The position numbers were made by a program, and so were the translations under genes. A stretch of DNA of 64,000 nucleotides from the human T2T-CHM13v2.0 reference genome, Homo sapiens, in NCBI RefSeq assembly GCF_009914755.1, contig NC_060932.1, one strand, 5' to 3'. The notes under the pieces are model-generated. The model was not told the origin of the DNA. It saw only the letters and a list, made by a program, of their open reading frames with translations, and did not search any database. Shown piece after piece: positions 40,650 through 55,245 of the stretch. The first letter of the stretch is position 1, and each line of letters begins with the position of its first letter.

Positions 40650-41600
40650 GCCAGCTGTTCTCTGATCTTCTTGGATCTGTAGTTCTGTGTCTACCACTAG
40701 TTTGTGAAAACTCTTGGTCATTGTCACCTCAAATATTTCTTCTGCTGTGTTCTCCCTTCTCTTGGTATTCTAATCACACGTATTACACCTTCTATAGCTT
40801 CTGGCCATGTCCCACCGTTCTCGGATGTTCTGTTCTGTTTTTGGTAAATCGTGTGTATGTTTTTTTTTCTTTTTTCTCTGTGATTTCTATGGAGCTAATC
40901 TCACTAATTCTCAAGTCTCCCGGTCTCTGAGTCTGTGGAGGGCATGCTCTGTTCCCGTTGCCATGCTTTTTTGTTTCCCCAAGACAGAATCTCTCTCTGG
41001 TCTCCCAGGATGGAGTGCAATGGCGCAATCTTGGCTCACTGCAACTCTGCCTCCCGGGTTCAAGCGATTCTCCTGCATCAACCTCCTGAGTAGCGGGGAT
41101 CACAAGTGCCCACCACCATGCCCAGCTAATTTTTTGTATTTTTAGTAGACCCTGTCTAGTCTCAAACTCCTGACCTCAGGTGATCCACCCTCCTCGGCCT
41201 CCTGAAGTGCTGGGATTACAGGTGTGAGCCAGCAAGCCCGGCCACCATGTTTTCAATCTCTGGTGTTTCCTATTGTTTTGTTCTTACAGTTTCCATCTCT
41301 TGGCTTACACTAGTCATCTGCTCTTTCATGTGGTCTACTTTTTCCATTGGAAACTTTAACATATTCATTATAGTTATTTTAAATTCCCCACCTGATAATT
41401 CTAACGTCTGTGTCATATCTGAGTCTGGTTCTAATGACTGTCACTTCAGTTTGTATTTTTTTCAGTGCTTTGTCATGTTTTGTGGGAAGCCTTGCCTAGC
41501 GTATTAGATAACAGGAACAGAGGTAAACAGGATTTACACTGATCTGGCTAAGGAGCTGGGCTAAGTTTCGTGTTTGCTGTAACTACAGGGGCCAGAGGCT
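40650..41600 (-). mobile_element. Old L1M 5'/ORF1-region fragment, interrupted by an Alu
   Basis: tcttcttggatctgtagtt..tcaaatatttcttctgc, then tagttattttaaattcccca..tgtcatatctgagtctggttct. Confidence 0.7.
40967..41243 (-). mobile_element. Alu (AluS) with a small internal deletion
   Basis: Antisense Alu missing the ggggtttcaccatg segment after gtagac. TSD-like ccatg(c)tttt on both sides. Confidence 0.9.
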
Positions 41601-41659
41601 GGGTGGATATTGCTTTCTTTTCTTAGTCTTTTCTCCTGTCAGACCTTATAAGAAAAAGT

Positions 41660-41900
41660 ATTCAGTCAGCAAACATCCACTCACTGTGGCCAGGAAGTGC
41701 TCAGTGCCTGGGGACTCTGTGGTGATGACCAAGCCATGTCCTGTCACCATGCACCAGGGAGACCCTGGGAGGTGCATTGGGGGCTGGAAGTAAAAATGGG
41801 TGGAGTGGAGTGGAGGAGGTGGCACAGGTTTTACAGTGCAGGCAGCCCTTGAATGAGGCGTTGATGGTTCTGCAGGAGTTGTTTAGGAAGGAAAAGATGG
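41660..41900 (-). mobile_element. LINE-2 3' fragment
   Basis: ttcagtcagcaaacat..tgtggccaggaagtgctcagtgcctggggactctgtggtga. Confidence 0.5.
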
Positions 41901-42899
41901 CGTATAAGCATTATATTGAAAGTGGCTAAACTTGACAGGAAATTGTGATCTGAATCATGAGAACTGGGACAAGCTGGAGTTGCATGGGGTGGAAGCTGGG
42001 TCTTCCTGTGTTATCTGTGACAAGCTTCCCCCCTTGTTGACTCTGGAGAACAGCCTGTTCCATTCCGCATGGCGTCCTCAGAACCGGCACACGGCAAGTG
42101 CTAAAGAAATGAAGGAAAAGGGTAGACATGGATTCGATGGGATTGAAACCAATCGAGGCTAAGGAATGAAAGAGAGCACAGGAAATCCATGTCAGGTCCC
42201 ACAGTGTGGCCTCCATGGCATTGGGAAGATTCTGCCAGGAGTGCACGGCTCCCCTTACTGAAAAACTACAAGCAGCTCCCCCCAGGCTCATCCATCCATG
42301 CCTCATCCACTTATTCCTGCACATCCTTTCTACCAAAGTCTTCCTCTAGGGAGAGAAATGCATGTGCTTAAGCCCTTTCTGCTGGGGTGGGCCTCATTCC
42401 AAGGGTCTCATTTTATAAGTGTGTAAACAGAAGCCCAGAGAGGAGTATGAGCAGACAGTTGGTTATACAGTGTGGCCTCCTGGACACCAGGTAAGTGTTC
42501 TCCATTATCCCAAAGGTTTGAGGCTCACAGGGGTCTCTCTGCAGGTGTGTGGGTGGGTCTGTCTCTTGCAGTTTTTGCACTCTTGTCCCTTGCCTCTTTT
42601 GCACTTCTGCCCTAGCCCGATGGCCTAGACACAGCACTTTACTCCCTCAGGTTTCCAGTTCCTCCCTCGGCATGTGGGGATGATGATCTTCACCCATGGA
42701 CCTGGCTGAATTGCCATCAGTAAACCTTCGTTGTGAGGCGTGAGGTGGGAGGCATAATTATCAGCACAAGAAGATAACCCCAAGAGTGGGACTTTTGCAG
42801 AAGTTTGGCCTGGAAATGATGAGAGGACAGAAAAGAAAGAAGACTCCAGAGGCACGAACATCTTCTGCCCAAGGGGAGAGCTACCCACGTGTCTCCCTC

Positions 42900-43300
42900 C
42901 AGGAGGAGGGACGCCGTAAACACTAACCGGACTCGTCTCGCAACAGTCACTGCCCTCCACTGCTGTATCAATATTTATCAATTCTTCGGCGGCTCAGAAT
43001 GCGTGCTGGGGATTCAATCAATTTAGCGGCAATCTGAGCGCGGCATTGCATTTTGAGCAACTTCAATATGTCTGCCGGTGTTTGGGGGCTTGCTTCCATT
43101 ACCAATTCATGAAGCGTCTGCTGGAATTAGTAAATCCCTTTCATTTACTTACGTAGGAGAAAATGTTTAATAGCTGCCACATGAAATTTGCAAATTGTGC
43201 TCTATCTGAGGCTGATTAATAAAACACCACGGAAAATCCATCAGTCATTTCGGGATTTAAATTAGTACCGCATTCTACTCGAATCATCTTCTTTTGCAAA
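42900..43300. promoter_or_regulatory. Candidate conserved developmental enhancer
   Basis: Non-repetitive and AT-rich yet holds ~18 CpGs in ~390 bp; three ATCAAT, a PBX-HOX-type ATCCATCA (43236-43243), and several TAAT/ATTA cores. Confidence 0.45.
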
Positions 43301-43609
43301 ATGGTTATGGCCTCACATCTCCCTCCCCACCCTTTCTCCTTCATCTCTATGTTTCCCTTTCCAGCCCCGGCGAGCTGTTGAGGGAGCCGGGTGGGGGGAT
43401 GGTGAGGTTACCTGTGGATGCAACTTATCTCCCACGGAGGCTGTGGTTGCCTGAGACGTCATTTATCCGCATGTCCCTCAGAGTGCCAGCACAGAGGCAG
43501 TGGGCAGGAATGGACAGGCTGGATCCTGGAGTTGAGAGTTTCTCTAAGATAGGGTGTGGCGTGCCTTCCTGTGTGGTTGCTTTAGGCTAAAAGTAGTTGA
43601 AAATTGCCA

Positions 43610-43900
43610 AACACTTTCAGGGCATCAGGCCTTGTGTTAAACAATTTCTATACCGTGTACCATGTTATCAAAATCTCTCAGCTGCAAAGGGGGAACATTC
43701 CGTGCCCTCCATCATTTGGAGGGGGGAAGCTGAGGCTCAGGATATTAAGTAACCTTCCTGAGGCTGCCCGACAATTCCTGGAGGAGCCGGCATGTGAACT
43801 CATGTCTTTCTGAAGTGGTGGGAACTCTCTTGGGTCTCCCAGTCCAACATCTCTATTCTACCGATGGAGGAACTGAGGCCCACAGGTCGGTCAGGGGAGC
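43610..43900 (-). mobile_element. MIR SINE fragments
   Basis: ggaagctgaggctcaggatattaagtaaccttcctgagg and gatggaggaactgaggccca. Confidence 0.7.
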
Positions 43901-44209
43901 TCTGGGACTGGGAGGAATCTGGATCTCCCATTCCTTGGGGTGCCGTTGATCTGCAGAGACTCCTGGAGCCCCTGCTGAACTCTAAGCTGTGTCCTGGGAG
44001 TGCCAAGCTCAACCCCAGGAGCAGAGTCCCCACCCTTGACGTGCGGCCTCACTTCCAAAGGAATCGTTAGGTAAGCAAGTTCCTAGAGGCTCAGTCTCAC
44101 CTCCAGGGAAGTCTGGACTCCAGGCCCAGGTCACGCTGCACAGTCATAGCTTGATGCAGAGGATAGTGATGGAAATTGTCAGCAGGAGAGAAACCCGCTC
44201 AGGCCCCTC

Positions 44210-44360
44210 TTTCTGGCCAAGTTCCCATATCTTTCCAAGCTTCAGTTCCATTATTCATGAAATGGAAATAATAACACATGACCTACTCACCTAAAAGACT
44301 GTGAGGATCAGATCTGGAAAAATTACACATGAAGCACTTTGGGAAACATTAAAATATGCA
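44210..44360 (+). mobile_element. MIR SINE
   Basis: agcttcagttccattattcatgaaatggaaataataac..acctactcac..tgtgaggatcagat. Confidence 0.7.
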
Positions 44361-45499
44361 CACATATACAATGGGATCAACTCCACCCGACCCTACACAT
44401 GCAGGTGGTGATTATAGTCTTTGCGGGCAGGGGTTGCAGGTCTTCAGGGCAGCAGAGCACCAGGGGCAGCACACTCTTCCAGCTGGTAGCACACCCAGAG
44501 CCTGAATTCCTAACAGATTTTATATTATCCCCCCAATTACACACCCATTAGCAGCCAGTCTTGTCATGGTGAAGGCGTTAAGGCGTGACGTTTATAAAGT
44601 GATGGGAATCAGGCCGCAGAGGCAGTGGAGGCTGTTTAACAAGCTGGTTGGAACCCAGCTCCCCTGCTTGCCCCCACCCTCAGCCAAGTGTGCTTTTTAG
44701 AACTTCCTTAAAGGAAGAGGCGACTTCAACGGCTTACTGTCTGGTTAGAGCCATAGATGATGGGAGCGTCACTGCATCCTTAAAGAAGCCTGGAAGGCCG
44801 CAAAGAATAAACCGTCCTGGGGGACGAGAGCTGCTGCATGAGTGTCACACAGCTCCCTGTCCTGGCCCCCGTGGGCCCTGAGCCTCAGATACATGTCATT
44901 CCCCATGGGGGCTTTTCCTAACTCCCCTAAACTTGCCCTGGTCTCGCGTGCTCATCGTCCGCCCAGCCTGCCTCTTTCACGTGGGCTGTCAGCATTCATG
45001 TTCCTCACCCTGGGGTGTTCTCTGTCAAGGAGCAAGCTGTGGCTTGTTTGTTCATCTCAGAACTCCCCACTCCTGGCTCAGCAAGTGTGTTCAGTAAAGG
45101 TTGTTAAGTTATTGGATGAATCTTATCCAACCCTAAGATTGCCACAAATGTTGAGATGTCATGGCAAGAAAACACGCAATGGGATGAGGGATGCAATAAA
45201 TCCCACCCCGACAGATAGAGACATTCTGAGGACTGGAAGATGGAATGCACCACTGGGGTCACAGTTCCTAACTTGGGAAGCTCAGGCCCTGAGTCTTGGG
45301 GCCAGTCCCAAGTTCGACGGTTCTGAGAGCTGATGGTCTCCGCTGGCATTAGGAGCTTCTCCCATTGGCCCCACAGATTCCAGATTCCTCCAAGCGTTCC
45401 ACAACCACCTCATTAACGACTAGGGTCCTCTGTCACAATTTTAACTTTGTAAGCTCACTTTCCTGGTCCCACACTCTCATTCCACAGTCTTCCCTGTGA

Positions 45500-46075
45500 A
45501 CATTTGCATCTCAGCACAGGCAGGGTAAATGGAGATGAATCAGCTGGAGCCCCTGCCCTGGAGGTGCTCACAGCTTAGTTTGGAAGAAAGTAATGTGCCC
45601 AAATAATTAGAGTACAGTGTGATCAATGTGATAATTGAGCTAAGAACAAAGCCTTGTGGAAACACAGAGCAGAATGCGAAACTGCCTGGCAGACAGGCAA
45701 GAGCGGCAAAGGGGGTGTCACTTTGGCAGTGAATTTTCATGATGAGCCATAGCTCCCTCATCATCTACCCAAGGCAGGGAGGGGTGGGAGAGCCTTCTAG
45801 GCAGTAAGGACAGTGCATGCAGCAGCCCCGAGCCACCGAAGAGATCTGTGCGGAGCAATAACTGCTTTCCCAGGACTGGAAGCAAGGCTGCTGAGACGGA
45901 GTGTTGGGTGTTGCAGCTGGAGAGAGAGGTTGGGGTCAGACTATGAAGGGCTTTGAACATCTTACTATGACTTTTTACTTTATCCTGCAGGCCACGGGGG
46001 AGCCCTTAAAAGGCTTTAAAGCAGAGGAGTGACATGATGAAATCTGTGTATTAGAAAGACACCTCTGGCAGCAGC
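45500..46075 (-). mobile_element. LINE-2 fragment
   Basis: cctgccctggaggtgctcacagcttag and actttatcctgcaggccacgggggagcc..gcagaggagtgacatgat..tagaaagacacctctggcagcag. Confidence 0.8.
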
Positions 46076-46194
46076 TTTCCATTACTGATGTGAAACTCCC
46101 CATTCTGGAAGCTTAGAAGACAGTTATGTCTTAAACCAGCTTTGCTGCCAACCCCGCCTCCGTCCTCTCATTGTTTTAGGAGAGGATGCCTTCA

Positions 46195-46335
46195 GATAAG
46201 ACCTGAAGTTGATTCTAGTCCTGCTCCTGATTCTCTGAGTGACCTTGGACAAGCACCTGGGCCTCAAGTTCCTCATCTCTAAAATCAGTGCAGGCTCTAC
46301 CCATCTCACAGTGCCATGGTTAGGAACTGACAACA
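46195..46335 (+). mobile_element. MIR SINE
   Basis: gagtgaccttggacaagcacctgggcctcaagttcctcatctctaaaat. Confidence 0.7.
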
Positions 46336-47389
46336 AACAAAATGTGGATAGTATTTTTTTAATTGTAACTGTCTTTATAGATGCAAAGAGATTATTTTTA
46401 TTTAATGAAAACAGAGCCCTCTGTCAGGGAAAAGGCAAATGGGTGTTTGAGCTGGGCATACTAATTCTGGACAGGAATGGAGCTCAATGATCATCTACCC
46501 CAGCCTCCTTTGATCCCCAGAGCAGCACTTCCACCCCCAACTCCTGTTATTACACAAGTTCATCGTGGCAGATCTTCCAAGCCAACAACTCAAGTCCTGA
46601 TCTTCCACACCCAGGGTAGGCCTGCAGGTCTGCCTCCAGGGGCTCCCTGGTGGGCGAGGACTCTGTCCATGGTGCTGACCCCTCACCGCCTTCCCCCTAC
46701 ACATTCAAGCATGTGCTGTGAGCCCCAATGGCAGGGACACTCCATTTCTGAGCACATGAACTAGAGAAAATGTTATAGCCATCTGTCGCCCCAAACTCGA
46801 TTTTCTACAGCAGATTTACAATCCATAAACGTAGTCATCAGAGCAGAGTGAATAAAGCTGAGGACCTGGTGCACTTCAGCATCAACCATGAGCGAGTAGG
46901 AGGGCTTTGAGCATCTTATCCTAATTCCAATCCATTTATGAACTTGCTTTCCCAGTGAATCACTTATCAGACCCACCCCCACTCTCCCTCACTCTGTACT
47001 TTTTTCATTGCTGTGCTCACAAAGGAAGGAAATGAACACTGTTTCAATGGCTGCAGCTGCTGCCCAGAATCTCCAAGAACCAGTGCACAAGGAGGAGGGG
47101 GGGGAGCTGGCTTTGGCTTTGACTATATGATGATGAGGTATTGGATATAAATGGAGCCTGCACTGGATGATCACCACAATCCCTTTCAATCACTGAGAGT
47201 CTTTGATTTTATAATCCTGATTCCTTTGCAGAACTCCAGTCACCCCCAAATGGTGCCTGAACCTTGATTACAATATGAAACATATCTGTGTTCTGAAAAT
47301 CTTTCCTGTTCCACCCTCCTCTCACTAAGACTTTTCTTCCTTGTTCTGCATCTTCAGGACACGTCTTTCCTGAGGCTTCTATCTCAAAA

Positions 47390-47590
47390 GCATGCCTGGG
47401 GTGGATTCCAGCTTTGCAGATCAGTAGTTTTGACATTGAGCAAATCATTTAAACTTTCTGTAGCTCAACTTCCTCTTTGGTAAAATGAGGACACTGATAT
47501 CCACGTCCTTGGATGCAGATGAGACACTGTGTGTAAACCATCTTCTCTGGTGCCTGGCTTACGATGGGCACACAAGAAATGCTTGCCTTT
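47390..47590 (+). mobile_element. MIR SINE
   Basis: tgagcaaatcatttaaactttctgtagctcaacttcctctttggtaaaatgagga. Confidence 0.7.
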
Positions 47591-48249
47591 GTCTCCCCCT
47601 TCCAAGTTAATGAGCTCAGCACAATCTCAGTTAATGTATTAATTTCGGTAACACATGCTTGCATGTTCCCCTTGTCCTTTCACATTTTTTTCCCGAGAAG
47701 AATTGATTTCTTTAGAGTAAATGCCTGGTCATGGGTACCTTTTTCTAATCTCAGAAATAACACAGTGTGGGGAGCTCATCGCTTTGCCTACACACAGAAC
47801 CATGGCAGGGTACACTGAACCTTGAGCATGGTTCAGTTTCTTCTGGCTAGTGGTTTCTTCCAGGCTGAGAGAGTGATTCTTCTTACTTCTCCAACTTTGG
47901 AGAGGATGCAAGGCTGAGAAAATCCACCTTGTCCAGCTGGAATAGAAGTAAATTGACTAATTTATAAGCCCAGGCTGTTGTCTGGGCTGGAGTTTCTGTC
48001 CTTTAAAGATGTCAAACAGTAATGAAATACGGCTTCCAGCACCTAACCAACACTAATCATTCCAATGCTGCTGGGACACAATGAAACAGATAGTTTGGTT
48101 CCTTGCCTAGCTATGGAGAAATGAAAAAATCTCTTGATGCAGGCTCAGCTGCCAAGGCCTTGTAAATTAGGTCTTGCCATAATTCTGGGTTTGACCTTGA
48201 GCAGCTTACTTTTGTTGTCTTGGACCACTCTCTTTCTCAGCCTTCCCTA

Positions 48250-49600
48250 CTCTCAAATGCCCCAGTAATTCCCCACTTACCCTCCAGGGTTTGTCCTGAT
48301 AAAACCCTATTTCTGTCCGATTCTTGGTTTTCCATTCCCACTGCCAAACTTCCTCTTTCCCAGCATGACTACTGCCAGGATTTAGGCCAGTATCATTGCT
48401 CACCTGGACTGCTGAAAGCCTCCCAGATGGTTGCCATCTGCCCCAGCTCTCTTTTCTCTCATTCATACTCCACACTACTGCCTAGGCATTCATTTATAAA
48501 ATGAAAATCTGGCCATCTCCTTGCATTGCTTCAAATCTCACAACACCTCCTTATTGCCTTATTGCCTAAGAATGAACCTGTAGCTCTTCATCCTGACATT
48601 CAAGGGCCATATGATTTGTCCCAGTCCTCTTTTATATGAGTAGCTTATTTCCACCCTATTCCTTGGGTTACATATTCCAGGAACCTCGTTACTTGTCTTT
48701 TTCCACACTAACTTTCCACCACTTGTCTTAACACATGCATTCTTGGACCTGTGATGCTCCAAGCTCATCCTCCAAAACTAACTTCCCCTCAAAGTCTTTA
48801 TAGATATTCCCATATCAATCACCACACTCTCTCCAGAGAACCTTTCCTGGCAACATAGGTACCCATGACAGCCCCAAAAGTCTGACTCCAAGAGAAAACC
48901 TTCCAGCAAGAGCAGTTAGCTGGTATCCTGCCACACCCACCATGACATGCCGTGAGTCCCATATCTGGAACAACCTGCACTGTATAGACCAGGTGTAAAG
49001 CCATTTCCCATGATTGCCAGCTTGCCAGGGGAGAAATCTACTCCTTGGCACGAACTTGCCTTTAGCATATGCTGCTTGGGATGGTCAACTGCATTCTGCA
49101 ATTAGCAGACTCTAGCAGCTGTGGTCATTGACTGAGCCTGCTGCTGCTGCTGCTGTGAACAAATTATCCTCTCACCTGGAGGATTCCATGCCCTCCCCAT
49201 CTGTCTTCCTGCCTTCTACCTGTAAACCACAAGAATAAACTTTCTAAAATCCAGATCTGTCCATGCTCCATCTCCACTCCCTGCTTGCTAAGCACACGTA
49301 TGTTATGAAGAAGATAGAAGCCAAGCTCTTCAACACATCCTGCAAACACAGTCCTTCCTGGCCCAGTTCCAGCTCCTTACGGCCTCATCTTGAGTCTCTC
49401 CCCTCTTCCAAGAACCACACAGTCCAGTCACAGTGCCCTTCCTCAGGTGCTATGGTGAATGGATCATACACTCTCACAGCTCCCTGCCTTGAGACAGGCT
49501 CTTCAAAGAAGAGGGAGCGCATTTTCTCTACATCTTGCCTTGAAGAATTCCTTCTCATCCCTAGAATCAGCTTACATTTTTACTCTATTTTCAATGCTTT
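48250..49600 (+). mobile_element. LINE-2 fragments (about 48250-48800 and 49160-49600)
   Basis: tcacctggactgctgaaagcctccc..atactccacactactgcc..aaaatgaaaatctggcca and ctttctaaaatccagatctg. Confidence 0.65.
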
Positions 49601-51250
49601 TCTCCGAACCAACCTTCAGCATTCATTTTATTCTTATTAAAATAATACATGCACATAGTTTCACAAAGCTTATAATGAAAACAGGAGCCCCTTGTTCTAA
49701 TCCTCCTGGCTCCCAGCTCTTGATAGAGGGGATAATCGCTTCCCACTTTGCTAGCTTCCAGGAGAAAGATTCTTCCCCAAACACTCCTGCCCCATGAAGC
49801 TGAAATGTGGTCCCTGATTAGTGGCAGCAGCTGTTGGTCTATTCTGTTGAATGGATTGGATCACTCCATTGAAGGTCTATACAGTTAAGGAGTATGAAGG
49901 ATTCAGTCTTATACGCTCCCTTCTCCTCTTGGACCAGTGGGACAGAGGGACCTGGTGAGGGTCTTTCCCTGCAGACTCAAACTCACTCTCTGGAGAGATT
50001 GCTCCAAGGTCTAGGCTGGTGGGACAGGTCAGTAAAAAGAAGGTCAGCAGAAGCATGTCAGCTCTTACACCAAGCAACTCACTCTGTCTTAGCTTTTATT
50101 GGTTAAAAAGGGAATTTGTTTTCTGTCTGCTGACTCCTTTTTCATATTCCTCAGCTGATAGAGAACTCGACTGCAGAAGAGGGTCATGGTTTATTGGCCT
50201 CCCTTAAAAGGCTTAACCACTTTTGCTTTCCCCAAGAAACCCCTCTTCTCACTTATGTTGTTTCTTCTGGCACTTAACTCCTTACTTCTAAGTTGCATGT
50301 CTACACGGCTCTTCCCTGATTTTTTAGGTTGAGAGAAAACCTATTGACTTTCAACAGTCACAGTTAAGGATGCAGCTCTCCTGACTCCCATACTCCACAC
50401 ACTTCCCCTCTCCATCCTTCCAGGATAGTTCATCAGCATTCACGGTTTACACCGTCGTGACTGCAGCGGCTGAGTCAAATGGCAGGCAATGATTGTATTT
50501 CTGCTCTTGGGCACTTTTGTTTTTCCTGGAGTTAATAATCACCAAACTGTTTAATTTGCTTATGTGCCTATATTAGCTCAGCTAGACATTCTGGCAGAGA
50601 TGGGATTTTCTCAGTGTGTTGCAGCCACGCTGGCTCATCCATCAGTTTACTTTCTTTCTTGGAGCCATTCCTTCTCAAGCCTTCCATCCTCCTGCCTCCC
50701 CGTGGGAGGACCGCTCTGCGGCCGGCCATCCTGAATTCTTGCCACTCCATCACCCTTCATCTGTTTTCTATATGGGATCCCCTGTGACCTGGATTCTATG
50801 TCCTCCTCTTTTATCATTCATGTGGAATATGTTCTTCAGGAGCTGCTACCCAAGAATGGGTGCAAGGAAAAAAGAATTCGACACCTTGAAGTCTTTGGTC
50901 CATCATTCAAATTATTTCTAGTTTGGCTGGTTCTACAACTCTCATTGAAAATGAATTTTTCTTTAGAATATTCAGAAATGTTCTGTCTTCTAGCTTCTAG
51001 TGCTGCTTTTGTGAAGACCAATGCATTATTATGCCTGATATTGGTTTTTCACCTTTTTTCTTCCTCAAACCCGTGAAGGTCTTCTCCTTATTCCCAATAT
51101 GTTGAATATCACACTCAGAGGGACCCATTCAACTAGAAGCCAATTTTCTTAACTTATTTCTTGGCCAACTTTCTCTTCCCTCCATTTTCTGCTTTCTTTT
51201 TTCTGGAAGTGTCATCATTTGGACATTGGTCCTCTGGAGTGAATCATTAG

Positions 51251-51648
<398 letters not shown>

Positions 51649-51678
51649 TAGAAAATTTCTTTATCTTTAAAATATTCT

Positions 51679-51966
<288 letters not shown>

Positions 51967-53416
51967 TATGTATATATACATTCTATTGAGTTAAAAATTT
52001 TAGTTCTCTAGTTCTCTAATTTTTCATTTGTGGGAGTTTTGTGTTCCCAGTTATTCTTTCTTGTAGCATCCTGGTATTGAAAGGAAGGAAGAGCCTTCTG
52101 TTATTTCGCTGGACTTTTGAATGACGTGTTGTTTCTGTGGTCACTTTTTTCCCTCCATGCGTTGTTGTCTCTGGTTCATCTAGGATGTCTTGGTTTATTC
52201 CTTTTGGTTGGTTTTGATTTCTCTCTTTCACTTCAGAAGAATGTAAAGAAGTTCTCCTCAACATTGAGTAGCCTTGGAAGACTACTCATTTTTGTGAGTC
52301 ATTCACAAAATGTTAATTGGCCACTCCGTGCTTGGCCTGCAGGGGACCCAGCACAGCCTGACAAGGTGGCAGTGGCTTTGGCTTTCAGTGTCCGTGGATC
52401 CTTCCTCTTCAGCCAGTGAGTACTCTGGGGCACATCCCTCTATTCTGTTTGGGGGGCATGAGCCTGGCTTCCAGAAGCCTAAGGGCTGGGTGTGGGAGGG
52501 TTCTGAGGCCACACTGGTTAACATATGCCATTCCAGGTGGCCCCCATGTCATCGGTGAGACTCTGCCCTCAGCTCTTCTCTGGTGTCCAGTCTAGAACCC
52601 ATTTAGGTCACAATCTCCAAGAAGTAAGTCTCAAGGCTCCTGCTAGATGTGGAGATGCATTGTTGCCTGGAGGCTCGGAGATGAGAGGGAAGGGGGCAGT
52701 CCATCTTCTCATTATAAAGACTTTGAAAACACTTTCCCTTTTCAACTCCACCTTCACTCTCACTGGCCCCTAGGAGTTGTTTGGGGTCCCTGGCTCCCTG
52801 ATGCCCATAAGGAATGGGTCTGTCTACTTTTCCTTTCCCCACCTGCTCCCGTTCCCACCTCTGGTTGGCTGGCTGGGCTACCCTGTCCACCTGTTTTCCA
52901 CCTTTGGCAGCTGTGCCAACATTTGGCTGTTTTGCTCTTGACGGTTTCTTTGTGCTTGTGATTATGTGTTCTTCTCCCTTTCCTGTTATTTTAATAGGAC
53001 TCTCTGAGAGAGCTGAGGTAGGCTCATGGGTTCAAACTGCCAGGTTTAACAAAAGTTCCTCCGCCAGGTATGACAGCCCCATCAATATCTGACCCACTGT
53101 AAATGTTTATCAAGGAAGGTCTGTCCCACGCCTCCCAGATTAAATCACAAGCTTGAGGCTAAGTTCACACCTCTCATTCCATCTCCTATTTCCCTTAGTA
53201 CTTGGCAAGGTGTCATTTGTTAAATTGAAGTAAATCCTAATTACACCTTACAAGCTGTTTGGACATAGAGCCCCAAAGCCACATAAGATAGACAAAAACA
53301 ATTTCACTGTCTGTCCCCTGGTCCTGGGATCCACATCATTGCACCATTTTTTTTTCCTTTTGGGGACAGCAAGGTATATAGCAATGATCATGACTCTGGA
53401 GTTTCATCTTGGCCTG

Positions 53417-53726
53417 TTTTTTTTTTTGTTTTTTGTTTTTTGTTTTTTTTTTTTGAGATGGAACCTCCCTCTGTCTCTCAGGCTGGAGTGTAGTGGTTTG
53501 ATCTTTGCTCATGCAGCCTCTGCCTCCTGGGTTCAAGTGGTTCTCCTGCCTCAACCTCCCAAGTAGCTGGGATTATAGGTGCCCGCCACCATATCTGGCT
53601 AACTTTTGTAGAGACAGGGTTTCATCACGTTGGCCAGGTTGGTCTTGCACTCCTGGCCTCAAGTGATCCACCCACCTCAGCCTCCCAAAGTGTTGGGATT
53701 ACAGGCGTGAGCCACCGCACCCGGCC
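53417..53726 (-). mobile_element. Alu (AluS) inserted into a MIR
   Basis: Antisense dimer; MIR-like sequence continues at ~53740-53860 (ttttctcacctgcaaaatgag). Confidence 0.93.
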
Positions 53727-54584
53727 CCTAATTGTTAATTTATGAATTTTGGTTTTCTCACCTGCAAAATGAGCATAATGCTTACCTTGTGAGTGATTTT
53801 TGAGGATTAAAAAAATGTATGTAACCAGGCTCTGCGCATACAAGGAACACCATAAACAACACTTCTCTTCCTGTTATCCCCATTCTACAAGAGGTGAATA
53901 CCCCAGAAATACCACGCTTCTTACCAGAAGTGACAACGGGAACAATTAAAGCTGGGCGTGAGGGCCCAGTCTTCCCAGGACTCCTGCAGGCTCTTTGCAG
54001 GAGCAATGGCCTCTGGAAAGCCAGTGCACTCCAAAAGAAAACCCAGCTAAATGCCATTCCTCCACAGTAATTTCCTTGGAGATATTTAATAGCCACTGGA
54101 GAGGGGGAAAAAGTTCAATCTTAAAGACAATCCCAGTTTATAGCTTTATGGCTTTGGTGATAGCTGAGCACTCAGGGTTATACAATTTCCTTTACATCTC
54201 CCTTATTAAACACCCATCTTCACAACCCTCTGCACACACTGCACTGGTGTCTCACCCCCAGAAATGGCCCCGAGGCTCATTTACAAGCTCATTAACTTAT
54301 ATTTTCCTCATTAAGAGGAGAGGAGGGAAGTATGTGTTCAAAGTGAATGGCCAAAGGAAATTTAAGAACTGTTCAGGGGCCAGAGAAAGGCATGACCTCC
54401 CTCCAGAAGGGCAGCCTGAAAAATAACAATGGTAATAATAATAGCAATGATCACAGTCATCAAAGCAATACTAACATTGCCCCTTAACATTTTAAAGCCT
54501 TGTGATGCTGTTATCTAATTGGGTACTCGTCAAGGCCTAGTAAGGATATGGGATATGTAGTTCTACCCTACAAGGGAAGGATAG

Positions 54585-54950
54585 TGTCTCAGTCCATGTT
54601 GGCTGCTGTAACAACCTGCCACAGACTGGGTGGCTGTCAAAAACAGAAATTTACTTCTCACAGCTCTCGAGGCTCTGAGAAATCCAAGATTGAGGCGCCA
54701 TCAGGGTAGGACTCTGGGGAGGGCCCTCCTCTGGGTTGCAGATGACCGTTTTCTTATTGTGTCCTCCATGGTGGAAGTGGCAAGGGACCCCTGCATGGAA
54801 TTTTTGGGAAGGGTCCTAATCCCATTCGTGAGGGCTTCACCCTCATGATCTAATCACCCCCCAAAGGCCTCACCTCCTAATATCATCAAATCAGGGGTTA
54901 GGATTTCAATGTATACATTTTAGAAAGACACAAACATTCAGTCTGTAACA
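54585..54950 (-). mobile_element. MaLR solo LTR (MLT1A/MLT1A0-like)
   Basis: tgtctcagtccatgttggctgctgtaaca..cagaaatttacttctcacag..taatcccattcgtgagggc..gacacaaacattcagtctgtaaca. Confidence 0.9.
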
Positions 54951-55245
54951 GAGCGAGAGGAGACGGGAAGGGAGCTAGATTTGGAATCCCAACATCTGGG
55001 TTGAGTCCCACCACCTCCACAGGAATGTGACCTTGAGTGTCATAAAGGTTAAATGGTGCAATCATGTCTTAAGGTGAATGAGCAGGAGGAGGAGGGTTAG
55101 AAGCCTTTGTTTCCAATCCCACATCCTCCCCAATTTCCCACGCCACATTGACTGCTCCATCACGGGCTGTAGAATCTAAGCATTGCAGACGACAAACCTG
55201 CATATCTGGAAGCATCTTCATCATCTTTAAAAAATAACCCTCATG

